Positions 38,159 through 48,787 of a stretch of 64,000 nucleotides of DNA are shown here, piece after piece. Each line of letters begins with the position of its first letter. The first letter of the stretch is position 1. The stretch is from an uncultured Victivallales bacterium (GTDB taxonomy: Bacteria > Verrucomicrobiota > Lentisphaeria > Victivallales > UBA1829): positions 141,092 to 205,091 of the forward strand of contig CALXRI010000001.1 in the NCBI GenBank assembly GCA_944390795.1, read 5' to 3'. Made by a program: the position numbers and the translations under genes. Under the pieces are notes generated by a model. The model made no database searches. It saw nothing but the letters and a program-made list of their open reading frames with translations, and had not been told where the DNA came from.

Positions 38159-38824
38159 TCATTCCATATGGCACTCCCCGTTCATGCGGCGGAAAAATTC
38201 GTGCATGAACGCGGCACGATCGGAAGCGAGACGCCGTCCCGTTTCCGTCAGCATCCGCTCCGGAACGGAACGCAGTTTGACCAGATATTCCCGGTAGGCG
38301 GAGTCTTCCGCGCTGTAAGCGGGAGCCCCGAGCGCGGCCTCCGCCGTATTGTGGAGTTTTGCGCCGATGCGGCCGGCAAAATGAAAGGCGCGTCCGACGC
38401 CGACGGCTCCGATGGAGTCGAGCTTGTCCGCGTCATAGACGATCTTCTCTACAAGCGTCTGCGGAGCGTCGTCTCCCCGGTAACGGTGGCGCGCCACGGC
38501 ACGGCCGACCGCTGCGATCAGGGATTCATCCTGACAGCCGAGACGCCGGAGCAGGGCGGGAGCTTTGTTCCCTCCCTCCTTTGCATGGCAGATTTTCCCT
38601 CCGGAGTTCAGTTCTTCCGGGCGCGCAATGTCATGCAGGAGCGCCGCAAGACGGACCGCAAACGCTTCGAAGTCCGTATGTGTCTCTCCGGAAAGGATCT
38701 CCTCGGCGTTGTGCAGGACGCGCAATGTATGGGCGAAATCGTGGCAGCCGGGCGCGTTGCCGAGAATCCGCTCCGTTTCCGTGCGGACCGCCGTAAAAAG
38801 CTGTTTTTCTTCAGATGTTGTCAT
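38159..38824 (-). CDS. HD-domain phosphohydrolase
   Basis: HDFAHTLRV, AALLHDI, HRY, DADKLDSIGAVG. Confidence 0.9.
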   Translation of the reverse strand: MTTSEEKQLFTAVRTETERILGNAPGCHDFAHTLRVLHNAEEILSGETHTDFEAFAVRLAALLHDIARPEELNSGGKICHAKEGGNKAPALLRRLGCQDESLIAAVGRAVARHRYRGDDAPQTLVEKIVYDADKLDSIGAVGVGRAFHFAGRIGAKLHNTAEAALGAPAYSAEDSAYREYLVKLRSVPERMLTETGRRLASDRAAFMHEFFRRMNGECHME

Positions 38825-38870
38825 AAGATTATGAAATGATCCGGATGGCGGAATGATTCTGCGGAGAAAG

Positions 38871-38907
38871 AAAAAGGCGGGAGGTTTCCGCAACACCCCG
38901 CCTTTTT
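38871..38907 (-). terminator. Intrinsic terminator after glgC (possibly bidirectional)
   Basis: AAAAAGGCGGG...CCCGCCTTTTT hairpin with T tracts on both strands. Confidence 0.7.
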
Positions 38908-38924
38908 CCGGAACCGTTTTCCCG

Positions 38925-40241
38925 TCAGAGCTGATGCGTCTCCAGGCTCTTCGGAAGTTCCAGCATCTGGTAGTGCCGGTCTTTCGGGATGACGGTCAGC
39001 CACGCGTCCGGCCCGTACTCGGGTCCGAGATCGACGACCATATAGCGTTTCGCATCCTCCTCGCGGTCGTAACCGATGATCGTCCCGCGCGGAATGACGT
39101 TGTGCTTGTCGATGATGCAGTTGCGGATGCGGCAGTGTTCGCCGATGTCCACGTCGTTGAGCAGGATCGAGTTGTGCACGGTGGCATAGCTGTGGACAAA
39201 CACCGAGTTGAAGAGAATCGAGCTTGTGACCGTGCTGCCGGAGACGATGCACCCGTCGCAGACGATGGAGTTGATCGCCTTGCCGATGCGCGGCAGTCCG
39301 TGGACGTCCACCTCCTCGTTGTGAACGAATTTCGCGGGGGGAAGACTGAAATGGTAGTTGTAGATCGGCCATTTCGGATTGTAGAGATCCAGCTGCGGAT
39401 TGGTGGAGCGCAGATCCATGTTCGCCTCGAAATAGGATTTGAGCGTTCCGACGTCGCGCCAGTAGGGTTTTTCCTGCACGGACTGTCCGGGAATCTTGTT
39501 TGAGTAGAAATTGTAGGCGAAGAGCCGTCCGGTCGGAACAAGCGAAGGAATGATGTCCTTGCCGAAGTCGTGCGAGCTGTCCGGACGGGTGTGATCCTCC
39601 TGAAGCAGATGCAGAATGTCGCCCGCGCCGAAGATGTAGTTGCCCATTGAGGCGAGCGCCATGTTCTTGTCATTCGGCAGCGGCGCCGGGTTCTCGGGCT
39701 TCTCCTGGAATCCGACGATGCGCCACTCCTCGTCGACCTGGATCACGCCGAACTGTTTCGCGTCCTCGATCGGAACCGGAATGGCTGCGACTGTCGCAAT
39801 GGAGTTCTTGTTCACATGGAAATCGACCATCTGGCTGATGTCCATGCGGTAGATATGGTCGCCGCCGAACACTGCGACGAGATCGGGGCTGAAATCCTCG
39901 ATCAGATGCGCGTTCTGGTAGATCGCGTCCGCGGTCCCCATGTACCAGGTTTTGTCCGCGGTCTGCATCTGCGCAGGAACCGGTATGATGAAGCGGCCGC
40001 GCACATGTGTGCTGGCGATGTTCCATCCGTTGATGATATGCTCCATCAGACTCTGGGATTTGAATTGCGTTAGGACGAAAATGCTGTCGATTCCGCTGTT
40101 GATGAAGTTGCTGAGCACAAAGTCGATGATTCTGTATTTCCCCCCGAAAGGAACGGAAGGTTTGGCCCTCTGGTCTGTGAGCGGTGCCAGCCTGCGCCCC
40201 TCGCCTCCGGCCAGAATCATGGCAAGAACTGATGTCCTCAT
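38925..40241 (-). CDS. glgC: Glucose-1-phosphate adenylyltransferase
   Basis: [61 protein letters not shown]; AAGGAGG RBS. Confidence 0.97.
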   Translation of the reverse strand: MRTSVLAMILAGGEGRRLAPLTDQRAKPSVPFGGKYRIIDFVLSNFINSGIDSIFVLTQFKSQSLMEHIINGWNIASTHVRGRFIIPVPAQMQTADKTWYMGTADAIYQNAHLIEDFSPDLVAVFGGDHIYRMDISQMVDFHVNKNSIATVAAIPVPIEDAKQFGVIQVDEEWRIVGFQEKPENPAPLPNDKNMALASMGNYIFGAGDILHLLQEDHTRPDSSHDFGKDIIPSLVPTGRLFAYNFYSNKIPGQSVQEKPYWRDVGTLKSYFEANMDLRSTNPQLDLYNPKWPIYNYHFSLPPAKFVHNEEVDVHGLPRIGKAINSIVCDGCIVSGSTVTSSILFNSVFVHSYATVHNSILLNDVDIGEHCRIRNCIIDKHNVIPRGTIIGYDREEDAKRYMVVDLGPEYGPDAWLTVIPKDRHYQMLELPKSLETHQL

Positions 40242-40449
40242 TACGGTTTCCCTCCTTGTTTTGCCCATTAATACCATAGCATGAAATCCGGAAACTTAAA
40301 ATCAAAATTCCGGATTAAACAGGGATATTACCGAATTTTATTGATTTTCCTGCAGTTTTATTGAAAAAAAGCGTTGATGCTGTATCTTTTCCGCGTGCGG
40401 AATTCGGCACGAGCGTAATTCCCGTCTGAAGTTCCGCAGCGTTTGAGGA

Positions 40450-41058
40450 GTGTTGAAAATGATTGTGCGAAGAACCGAGTCCGCGCTGGAATCCTGTCTT
40501 GAAGCGCTCGACCGTTCCGGCAGTGTCCTGCTGGTGCCGACGGAAACCGTTTACGGTCTTGTCTGCGACTGGCGCGACATGGCGGCGCGTACCAGGATTT
40601 ACCGTCTGAAACACAGGAGCGAGACGAAACCGTTCGCAGCTTTTCTTCCGTCTGTCGACGCGGTTTCCGTCTGTATTCCATGTCTGCCCCCCGCAGCGCG
40701 GATTTTTGCCGAAAACTTCTGTCCCGGCCCGATCACGCTTGTCGTTCCGGACGGAACCGGTTCCACGTTCGGGTTCCGCATTCCGGATCATCCGTTCATT
40801 CTGGAACTTCTGAACGCTTACGGTGCGCCTCTGGCATCGACGAGCGCGAACCGTTCCGGAATGGCTCCCGCGCTTTCCGTTTCCGAGGCGTTGGAAACCA
40901 TTGACGGAGAACCGGATGTCACGGTCGACGGCGGTGTTCTGACGCCCGGTTCAAAAGCCTCCACCGTTGTGCTGGTGAATGCCGATTCCTCCTGGAAGAT
41001 TCTGCGCGAGGGGCCGGTCACGAAGTCGATGCTGGAAAACACTTTGAGGGACCGGTAA
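40450..41058 (+). CDS. tsaC: L-threonylcarbamoyladenylate synthase (TsaC/Sua5/YrdC)
   Basis: PTETVYGL, LKHRSETKP, PGPITLV, RIPDHP, STSANRSG. Confidence 0.92.
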   Translation: MLKMIVRRTESALESCLEALDRSGSVLLVPTETVYGLVCDWRDMAARTRIYRLKHRSETKPFAAFLPSVDAVSVCIPCLPPAARIFAENFCPGPITLVVPDGTGSTFGFRIPDHPFILELLNAYGAPLASTSANRSGMAPALSVSEALETIDGEPDVTVDGGVLTPGSKASTVVLVNADSSWKILREGPVTKSMLENTLRDR

Positions 41059-41178
41059 AAGACGGCTCATGCACTGCGGCAGGTGTGCGGAGCGGATTCC
41101 GCGTGAATAAAACGGAGGCGTGCAGAATGCGGCATGCCTGCACACATCCGTCTTTGCATCCTGTCGGGACATCTTTTC

Positions 41179-42336
41179 TTATTTCACGCCGAGAAACTCC
41201 CAGTCAACCGCTGCCGATGCGGTTTTTCCCGTCTCGTCGGCAAACACGGCCTTCCCCGGTTCGAATGTGACATCCGCAACTTTTCCGAATCCTTCCGGAA
41301 TGAGTGCAATGCCTTGAATATGATGAATTACAGTGGGGGAATTTCTGCTGAATTCTCCGCAGGTTTTCCAGCCTTTCCGCGTCAGTGTGTTTTCCTCAAT
41401 GGACGGTTTGCATCCGTCGGCGAAATACGAACATGTCTCCTCAATGCCGATGCAGCGGGTGTTGCCGTTCCACGGCACGGCGTAGCGTCCGCTGTTGGAG
41501 GTCCATACGGTTGTGGAGGGCAGCTCCTCCGCGTTTTTCAGGGAGAAGAAAAGATAGCCGCGATCCGGATAGACCGCCGCCGCCCACGCCGGTTTGCCGG
41601 ACGGCTTCCGGAGCATGGCGAAAAGATCGACATAGCCGACGGGAGACGGCATGACGGAATAGTCATGGACGGGGTCGGCCTTGAACTGCGTCGGAAGAGC
41701 CTCCAGGCTGGTGAATTCCTCTCCGGAGGCGAGATACTGGTATTCCAGATTGACGGGACTGGCGAAAACGCCGGGGCAGGTCATGCCGAGATCGAATTTT
41801 CCGACGGAAAAGAACATTTTTTCGTCTTCCGCCGGCATTTCGATGATGGTGTGGTGTCCGTAAGGCATTTTCCCCTCGAAATCGCGGATGGTGTGCGTGA
41901 GGTAAACGGCATCGGCGCCGTTGCGCATTTCAATGCGCTTGACCACGTTTGCTCCAGAAACGGCACAGTTCATTTCAAATTCGAATACGGCCCCGTCCGG
42001 GGTTTCCTCGGCTTTCACAGGCGTCCATCGGAAGGCCGCCGTCTCGCCGTGCGGTGGAAAGGTTCTGCCGTCTACGGGATCGGCGTTTCCGCCGAACGGA
42101 AGACAGAAGAAATCGCCCCGGAGGTTCTGAAGGAGCGGAACCGAGGAAAGGTCGGGACGCTGATCCTGCCACGGGCTGATGAAATAGGGCTGAACCGGTT
42201 TCTCCGTATTTCTGCGGAAGGTTACAGGGGCGTGCTGTCCGCCGTCTTCCGTGAGAAACAGTTCAATGGCTCCGGATGTCAGATACCAGCCGGGGGTCCG
42301 GTGATTGATGTCCTTTCTGAGCAGTTTGTCATTCAT
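41179..42336 (-). CDS. Hypothetical galactose-mutarotase-like (aldose epimerase fold) protein
   Basis: LRGDFFCLPFGGN, PPHG, YGHH, CIGIEE motifs. Confidence 0.6.
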   Translation of the reverse strand: MNDKLLRKDINHRTPGWYLTSGAIELFLTEDGGQHAPVTFRRNTEKPVQPYFISPWQDQRPDLSSVPLLQNLRGDFFCLPFGGNADPVDGRTFPPHGETAAFRWTPVKAEETPDGAVFEFEMNCAVSGANVVKRIEMRNGADAVYLTHTIRDFEGKMPYGHHTIIEMPAEDEKMFFSVGKFDLGMTCPGVFASPVNLEYQYLASGEEFTSLEALPTQFKADPVHDYSVMPSPVGYVDLFAMLRKPSGKPAWAAAVYPDRGYLFFSLKNAEELPSTTVWTSNSGRYAVPWNGNTRCIGIEETCSYFADGCKPSIEENTLTRKGWKTCGEFSRNSPTVIHHIQGIALIPEGFGKVADVTFEPGKAVFADETGKTASAAVDWEFLGVK

Positions 42337-42469
42337 GATCTCGTCTCCTGTGATTGTTGTGGATCGAAGCGCTTCCGTGACTATAACGTGGTTCCCTGCA
42401 AAAATCAAGCTGAAGGAGACGGGAAGCTTTTCAAAAGCCGGACATTCGGGGTGTTTTCCCCGCCGCCGC

Positions 42470-43369
42470 TCATTGCTCCGGAGTGTGAATTACCGTGAAA
42501 TCCTTTTTCCTTTCCTCGAAGAGCCGGAAAAAGTCCTTGTTGGGAATCGGCGCCTTGTTCTGCCAGATTCCAAGCGTGAGTTCCCGGAAATCCGCCTTCA
42601 CATCCAGAATCACCGATGCAAGAGTGTCATCCGGCAGAATCAGCTCGGCCCTGTTCAGGTTTGAGAAGTCCTGCGGCAGAAGCAGGAAAGAGGGTCCGAA
42701 TCCCTTGTCTTTCCCGGACCCGTCAAGTTTCCTGTCGTAAAAAATCAGCCACCGGTCTTCGGGATTCAGCATGTTTTTCGCCTGTTTCCATGGTTTTCCG
42801 GCAAGTTCGCGCGCCGCGGTCCGGACGGCGGTGTCTTCCGCCTTCAGGATCCCGTTGATTCCTCCGACCTGAACAGCCAGGTGAATCCGGAATTTCCGCA
42901 GGGGTTCCAGCTGCGTTTCCGCCGGACGGAAACGCAGGAAAAGCATCGGGGAATCCGCTGCCATATAAGCGCTCAGTATGATGTTTGTCCCGTCGAAGCG
43001 GAATGTCATGTCAGCTCCCGCGGTTCTGCCTTTTTTCCAGATTTCGAAGTCCCGTTCCTGCGGCATGATCCGCTGCATGTCGATTCCGTTGACCTCCATG
43101 CGCAGAAAACGGCACTGGTGCTGGCCGAATCCTCCCTGCCGGCGCGGTTCGGTGAGAACCATGTAAAACGAGGTCTCTCCGTTTCCGCCGGGTTTCTGCT
43201 GGCAGAAATTGACCCCGCAGGTGTTCCGGGGCCCTGCGATCAGCGCCTGTCTGTTGAAGATCAGGTTGCCGGAGTTCCAGCCGGTGTATTTCTGGGCCGT
43301 GACGTTCATGTCCTGTCCGCAGAGCATTCCGGCGGCGGACAATGCTAGAAACAGGGAAATTTTTTTCAT
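42470..43369 (-). CDS. Hypothetical secreted beta-rich protein
   Basis: Signal peptide MKKISLFLALSAAGMLCG; AAGGAG RBS. Confidence 0.7.
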   Translation of the reverse strand: MKKISLFLALSAAGMLCGQDMNVTAQKYTGWNSGNLIFNRQALIAGPRNTCGVNFCQQKPGGNGETSFYMVLTEPRRQGGFGQHQCRFLRMEVNGIDMQRIMPQERDFEIWKKGRTAGADMTFRFDGTNIILSAYMAADSPMLFLRFRPAETQLEPLRKFRIHLAVQVGGINGILKAEDTAVRTAARELAGKPWKQAKNMLNPEDRWLIFYDRKLDGSGKDKGFGPSFLLLPQDFSNLNRAELILPDDTLASVILDVKADFRELTLGIWQNKAPIPNKDFFRLFEERKKDFTVIHTPEQ

Positions 43370-43506
43370 GACGGGAATCTCCTTTCAAAAAAAAATAAAC
43401 GGATGGGAGAGATGACGGAACAGAAGTGTTTCCGCTTCCGCATTCCTCCCGTTCTCATGAGAGGACGCCTGTCTGCCCCGTGAACGGCTGCCGGAATGTT
43501 TTTCCG

Positions 43507-46005
43507 CTAATCTCCTTTCCCCATGAACTTGATGATTCCATGGAGATTGATGTCGTGATTGTTGCCGAGGCACATGGAAGATGCGGAAACCTCCCGCGGT
43601 TCGGAAAGCTTATTGTTCACAAAGTTGAAGCGCCAGGACTGATAGGCTTTCGGGGACGGTTCCCCGAGCCCTGAAAAAGGCAGAAAGAATTCCAGAGTCC
43701 ACTCGTTTTCATTGAATGCGGAAGCCGAACGGAAACCCCGGCATTTCCATTGGAAGTCGCGCGCCATGAGGAAGGGTTTCAGCTGCTGTTTCATCATGCA
43801 GGCGCGGTTCTCCGGATCCAGCGCGATCTGAAAATAGACTTTTTTCTCTGTTCCGGGGGAGAAGAACAGCTCGACGACGGAATTCCGCCACATGTCCTTG
43901 TTTCCGGATGCCGGCGGATAGGGCATGTGGATTTTCCCGTAGATGCCGTTCGGATTCCACAGCAGCCGGAGATCCGCGGGATAACGCGGTTTTTCTCCGG
44001 TTCCGTTGGGTTCCAGCATGGGGACGGGGACGCATTTCTCCCATTCCGGCTCGTCTCCCTTTCCGTCGATCCTGATTTCCGCATCGCCGAAAAGACGCCG
44101 GACGGTGGAAAGCGGCGGGTTGTAGGCATGCTGGCCGCGCTGTGATTTCAGTTCGAATTTCAACGCCCTGCTCATAAGATCGTAACGTCTGCGCTCCACG
44201 GAACCGGCTTTCAGATGGCGTTCCGCCTCCTTCAGGCACTGTTCCATGCGCTCCAGCGTTTTCGGAGGGAACAGGGCTTTCGGATTCTGCGCCGGAACGG
44301 CATATTTCAGGAAGCCCTCCTTCAGGACGCGGTGCATTTCCTTCAGATGTTTTCCCGCCTCCGGTCCGTAAAAGAGAGTCCAGTGCTCGTCGAGAGCGGC
44401 ATCCACGTCGAAATCGGGATTCCACATGGCCCGCATGCCCGCGTACGTTGCATAATAGAAATGCCAGTGTCCCTGTTCGGGAAACGGACGCGGCCACATG
44501 CTGAACTCATGAAAGATCTCCACGTTTCCCAGAGTTTTTCCCAGCGCCTTCGGAATTTCTCCGAGGAACTGCGTGGCGATCGCCTGTGCAAAGCAGTTGT
44601 TGCCCGCATTGTAGGTCCAGAGCATCTGAACCGGCCGGTTTCCGAGCGCCTCGTACCAGCGGTTCATCTGGTCGCGGTACTGTGCGAGAACCTCCGGATT
44701 CCGGATGAAACGGGGAAATTTGCCGAGACAGACTCCCGCTTCCACATTGTCCGGCAGATAATATTTTTTCTGGAACGGCGCGTGAGTGTAGCTTGCGTAG
44801 GGCATGATGATCAGTTTCTTGTCCGGAAACTCCTTTTTGACGCGTTCGGCGAAATACCGGTAGAAACGCCCGTAGACATCGCTGAAGTAGGCGCCTTCCC
44901 CGTGCGAGATGTTTTCCTGTGTGATCAGGTTTTCCCGCCGGACCGTCGGATTGTTCCGCATTTCCGGGAGCTGGAGTTCGTTGTCGCACTGCCCGAACAC
45001 GATGTAGTAGCCGTTGTTGTAAGCCCAGCCCTGCTGATCCTTTCCGCCGGTCGCGTAAAAACGCTTCAGGGAGTCGATCAGATTGTCCGCGAACTGCAGG
45101 CTGGTGACGTCAAAGTAGTTGGAAGCGTGAGAGATCCGGCTGTAATACAAATGTCCCGTTCCACTGCGGAAAAAACTGCTTTCAATCCGGTCCGGATTGC
45201 TCTGCGCCCATTTTTCCGGATACGGGGAGTGCATGGAGGTGAACGGCAGAATCTTTGACCAGCGCTGCGACTGATAGTACTTCTCCAGATCCTCCTGCTT
45301 CAGTCCGGCAATGCTTCTGCGGATGCGGGACAGATCGATTTTCAGGTAGTGCGTCCCCCGGTTCTGGAAGTACGGTGCGTCCGTGTAGGCGAGCGGCGGA
45401 AGGCGCAGTTCCGCGACCGCGGGATGCACACTGCCGTCCGGACCCGGATAGTAAAAACGGCAGTTGAAAAAACGCTCCAGAAAATCATAGGCTCCCCACA
45501 GCGTTCCCTTCCGCGCGCCGAGCATGTAGAGCGGTCCCCTTGTGTTGAAAGACCGATCGGTGGAGGAGTCGTTTCCCACAATGGCCGCGCCGTTCCGGAA
45601 ACTCCGGACAAGGAATCCCTCCTGCGGAAGTTTCCGCGCATCGATTCCCAGTTTCCGCGTCAGCGGACTTTCCCCGACCAGAAGCAGATGGCGGGTTCTG
45701 ACGGCGTCCGCCTTTCTCCAGTCTACCGCCTCGACCTCCTTTCCGGTGGCCTTGCGGATGTTTTCCCTCAGGACGGCGATTGCCGGCTCGATGCTTTTCC
45801 ATGCGGGATGTTTCAGATGCGATTCCGCCTGCGCGTCATACACGATGGTGAAATCCGGCGTTCCATCACGGACCATCTGCACTTCCGCATGCTGTTCCGG
45901 CGGAGAAAGGATTTTCACTTTGTTCAATGCGGGATTTTCCAGGACGGAGGCGTCCGCCGTCAGGACGGCGGAACAGAAAAAAAGGACATTCAGCGGGAAC
46001 TTCAT
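43507..46005 (-). CDS. Secreted DUF4838-like glycoside hydrolase-type protein with C-terminal CBM9-like domain
   Basis: Signal peptide; GH20/GH67-type N-domain (EGFLVR..GTLWGAYDFLERFFNCRFYYPG), MWNPDFD..FYG, C-terminal IDGKGDEPEW..VELFF..WTLEFFLPF..WRFN. Confidence 0.75.
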   Translation of the reverse strand: MKFPLNVLFFCSAVLTADASVLENPALNKVKILSPPEQHAEVQMVRDGTPDFTIVYDAQAESHLKHPAWKSIEPAIAVLRENIRKATGKEVEAVDWRKADAVRTRHLLLVGESPLTRKLGIDARKLPQEGFLVRSFRNGAAIVGNDSSTDRSFNTRGPLYMLGARKGTLWGAYDFLERFFNCRFYYPGPDGSVHPAVAELRLPPLAYTDAPYFQNRGTHYLKIDLSRIRRSIAGLKQEDLEKYYQSQRWSKILPFTSMHSPYPEKWAQSNPDRIESSFFRSGTGHLYYSRISHASNYFDVTSLQFADNLIDSLKRFYATGGKDQQGWAYNNGYYIVFGQCDNELQLPEMRNNPTVRRENLITQENISHGEGAYFSDVYGRFYRYFAERVKKEFPDKKLIIMPYASYTHAPFQKKYYLPDNVEAGVCLGKFPRFIRNPEVLAQYRDQMNRWYEALGNRPVQMLWTYNAGNNCFAQAIATQFLGEIPKALGKTLGNVEIFHEFSMWPRPFPEQGHWHFYYATYAGMRAMWNPDFDVDAALDEHWTLFYGPEAGKHLKEMHRVLKEGFLKYAVPAQNPKALFPPKTLERMEQCLKEAERHLKAGSVERRRYDLMSRALKFELKSQRGQHAYNPPLSTVRRLFGDAEIRIDGKGDEPEWEKCVPVPMLEPNGTGEKPRYPADLRLLWNPNGIYGKIHMPYPPASGNKDMWRNSVVELFFSPGTEKKVYFQIALDPENRACMMKQQLKPFLMARDFQWKCRGFRSASAFNENEWTLEFFLPFSGLGEPSPKAYQSWRFNFVNNKLSEPREVSASSMCLGNNHDINLHGIIKFMGKGD

Positions 46006-46053
46006 TTTGCCGGTTCTCCTGTGGGGTTTCAATGATTTGCCGTTTCGAACCGT

Positions 46054-46833
46054 TCAGTTGTAAGGCCAGTAATCATAGATGAGGGAGGGGGTGACGAAAA
46101 TTTCCTCCGTGGCGTCTCCCCGCCAGGGCAGACCGTTGAACGACCTTCCCAGCAGTTCATAGTATCCCCCCTGGCCTGCGTGACCGTCGAGATAAACGAT
46201 ATTGGCCTTCCGGGAATGACGCAGGGAAACATGCTGCTGCTGGGAAATTTCAAACCGCCCGTGGCTTCTCGGGCTGCCCGTATTGCTTGATCTGGAATCC
46301 AGGCAGCCCATGACTTTTGACGGAATCCTGACCCATGAGATCTTCTGTCCCGGTTTCACGCTTGCTCCTGTTCCTCCCGGATTCCAGGCGAACACCTGGG
46401 ATGCGTTGGACAGTCCGTAGGGGATGTTGTTTGCCGCGTAGCCCTCCTTGTTCGGACGCACCGGACTCTGGGTCGGACATCCGAGAATGCTGTTTGCCGG
46501 AATGTAATAGGTCGCGACTTTCCGGATCCGGAAGGCATCCGTCACCAGCGTCACCCAGGAGTTTGTGGCATTCCCGTAATCCCCCGTGTAGTTCAGGACG
46601 GGATAGTAATCGCTGTTTTCCCCCGTGTATGCATAAATGAACTGGCCGATCTGCTTCAGATTTGTCGAACAGGATACGGACTGGGCCTTCTTTTTCATCG
46701 AATTCAACGCGGGAAGCAGCAGGGAGGCCAGAATTGCGATGATCGCCGTCACGACCAGAAGCTCGATCAGTGTGAAAGTTCCGCACTGGCGGCGGAAAAG
46801 AAAAACAGTCTTTTTTGCGGGTTTCATGACCAC
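46054..46833 (-). CDS. Prepilin-type N-terminal cleavage/methylation protein with H-X9-DG motif (DUF1559-like)
   Basis: [32 protein letters not shown]-terminal [13 protein letters not shown]. Confidence 0.93.
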   Translation of the reverse strand: MVMKPAKKTVFLFRRQCGTFTLIELLVVTAIIAILASLLLPALNSMKKKAQSVSCSTNLKQIGQFIYAYTGENSDYYPVLNYTGDYGNATNSWVTLVTDAFRIRKVATYYIPANSILGCPTQSPVRPNKEGYAANNIPYGLSNASQVFAWNPGGTGASVKPGQKISWVRIPSKVMGCLDSRSSNTGSPRSHGRFEISQQQHVSLRHSRKANIVYLDGHAGQGGYYELLGRSFNGLPWRGDATEEIFVTPSLIYDYWPYN

Positions 46834-46897
46834 TCTCTCTTTTTATGCAGGCTCCTATTTTTTAAGTATAATGTTTTTTTCCTTGAAAACAATACTC

Positions 46898-46929
46898 TTT
46901 TTGTAGATAAACATTCATTTTTTGTAGAT
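46898..46929. promoter_or_regulatory. 21-bp-spaced direct repeat, putative AraC binding site for the prepilin operon
   Basis: TTTTTGTAGAT at 46898 and 46919; adjacent to a weak -35 of a minus-strand promoter whose -10 is TATACT (46865-46870). Confidence 0.65.
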
Positions 46930-47003
46930 CGCTTTCTTTTTCTGCTTTTTATTATTGAGGAATGGCATTATAGTAATCCCGTATTGAAATGGAGGAAGGA
47001 CGC

Positions 47004-47852
47004 ATGCTGTCTCAAAGGGAAATCTGTCTGCTGATGCGGATGATTGAGCGGACCTACCGCTGTCGCATCTGCATCATCGACGGCGCCGGCAATTATCTGT
47101 TCAGCACGCATTTTCCCGAGATCGACACGGCGCATCTGGCAAACATCTGTCAGCGTGCCAACCGGGATGCGCAGTCTCTCTGCCGTCTCTGCGACGATAT
47201 TGCGGCCGGGCAGCATGCGGAAACCGTCAGGCACGCATTTTACAAACTCTGCCCTTACGGGTGCATGGAGATCGTCGGAACCGTGTCCGTTCCGGGAATG
47301 AAACCGTTCCAGATTTTTGCCGGAGTGTTCCAGGCGCACGGGGATCTGCCGGAAGACTCCCTTCTCTATCCCGGGAAACAGCTTGCCGCTTCCGGATCGA
47401 AGGAGATCGGAAAGCTGACGGACGAGGAGTTTTCCGAACTTCCCGTGCTCATGGACATGCTGACAAGAGAAATCTCTCTGCTGTTTGAAAAACATCTGTC
47501 GGAAGGAGCCGGTGACAATGATCCGAAACAGCGGATCATGGATTACATCAATGGGAATTTCCGTGAAAATCTTTCCCTGTCTGCTATCGCGTCGAAGCTG
47601 GGATGGAGCGACTCTCACACCACCGTCCGCATCCGGCGGATGTTCGGAAAGAGTTTCATTCAGATGCTCAATGAACGCCGGATTGAAAATGCGAAATGGC
47701 TGCTCCGAAACCGGACATTGTATCCGATCTCCAAAATTGCGGAAGTTTCCGGATTTCACAGTGTTCCATACTTCTATCGTGTCTTTCTCCGCCTTACGGG
47801 AATGTCGCCGACCAGGTACCGTGCAGCGGGAAAAACATTTTCCCAGAAGTAG
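47004..47852 (+). CDS. AraC-family regulator with PocR-like sensor domain
   Basis: Cys-containing N-domain (C..CD..CPYGCMEIV), C-terminal HTH (RIENAKWLL..IAEVSGFHSVPYFYRVF..GMSPTRYR); GGAGG RBS; alternative start at 46989. Confidence 0.9.
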   Translation: MLSQREICLLMRMIERTYRCRICIIDGAGNYLFSTHFPEIDTAHLANICQRANRDAQSLCRLCDDIAAGQHAETVRHAFYKLCPYGCMEIVGTVSVPGMKPFQIFAGVFQAHGDLPEDSLLYPGKQLAASGSKEIGKLTDEEFSELPVLMDMLTREISLLFEKHLSEGAGDNDPKQRIMDYINGNFRENLSLSAIASKLGWSDSHTTVRIRRMFGKSFIQMLNERRIENAKWLLRNRTLYPISKIAEVSGFHSVPYFYRVFLRLTGMSPTRYRAAGKTFSQK

Positions 47853-48007
47853 TTTCCAGGGAAACGTATCATCTGCCGCCCTGTTCCCTTTCCGGCCGGA
47901 AACTGCCTGGTGAACGGCAGATGAAAAGAGGAAAGGAAATCGGGAATCGAAGATTGAAATTCCCGCGCGCTGATTTATCTTAACGGAAAGTCGGAGAAAC
48001 AGTTTTC

Positions 48008-48787
48008 ATGTGCGTGACATTCAAAAAAATATGCCGTCTGGCGGGAAACGCAGTCGTTGATTATCAAATGATTGAGGACGGCGACCGGATTCTTGTCGGA
48101 GTCAGCGGCGGCAAGGACAGTCTGGTTCTGCTGAAGGTTCTGAAGCATCTTGCGGACGCCGCTCCGATCCGTTTTACGCTGTTTGCGGCGACTTTCGATC
48201 CGGGATTTCCCGGATTTTCCGCCGATGAAACAGCCTCCTTCTGCCGTTCGCTCGGGATTCCGCATCACAGGGTGTGCATGGATATTCCGCGTCTTCTGGA
48301 AGAGAAAGGCCTGACGGAAAAGCCGTGCATGCTCTGTTCGCGTCTGCGCCGCGGCAATCTCTATTCCATGGCGGAAAAACTCCGTTGCCGCAAAATTGCG
48401 CTGGGGCAGCATCTTGACGATATTGAGATTTCGTTTCTGATGAGCGTCTGCCGCGGCGGAGGCGTCAGCACCATGGGGCCGAATGTGCCGGCCGAGAAGC
48501 GCGCGCTTCGCGTCATCCGCCCGCTTGCCCTCACGCCGGAGGCGCTGATTGCCCGGGCCGCCGCTGAAATGGAGCTGCCCGTGCGCGGAGAATGCATCTA
48601 CCGCGAACAGCTCGAACGCGGCGGAGACCGCGCCTATTTCCGCGGTGTTCTGGAAGAAATTTCAAAAAAAATTCCGGATCTTCGCAGCAATATTCTCCGT
48701 TCGCTGTCCAATCTGCAGGAATGTTATCTGCTTGACAGGAGGTTCATCAAGAATGCAGACAAAGGAAACTCAAATGAAACTGATTGA
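48008..48787 (+). CDS. ttcA: tRNA 2-thiocytidine(32) synthetase TtcA family
   Basis: PP-loop SGGKDS, CMLCSRLRRG, GQHLDD, VIRPL. Confidence 0.88.
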   Translation: MCVTFKKICRLAGNAVVDYQMIEDGDRILVGVSGGKDSLVLLKVLKHLADAAPIRFTLFAATFDPGFPGFSADETASFCRSLGIPHHRVCMDIPRLLEEKGLTEKPCMLCSRLRRGNLYSMAEKLRCRKIALGQHLDDIEISFLMSVCRGGGVSTMGPNVPAEKRALRVIRPLALTPEALIARAAAEMELPVRGECIYREQLERGGDRAYFRGVLEEISKKIPDLRSNILRSLSNLQECYLLDRRFIKNADKGNSNETD

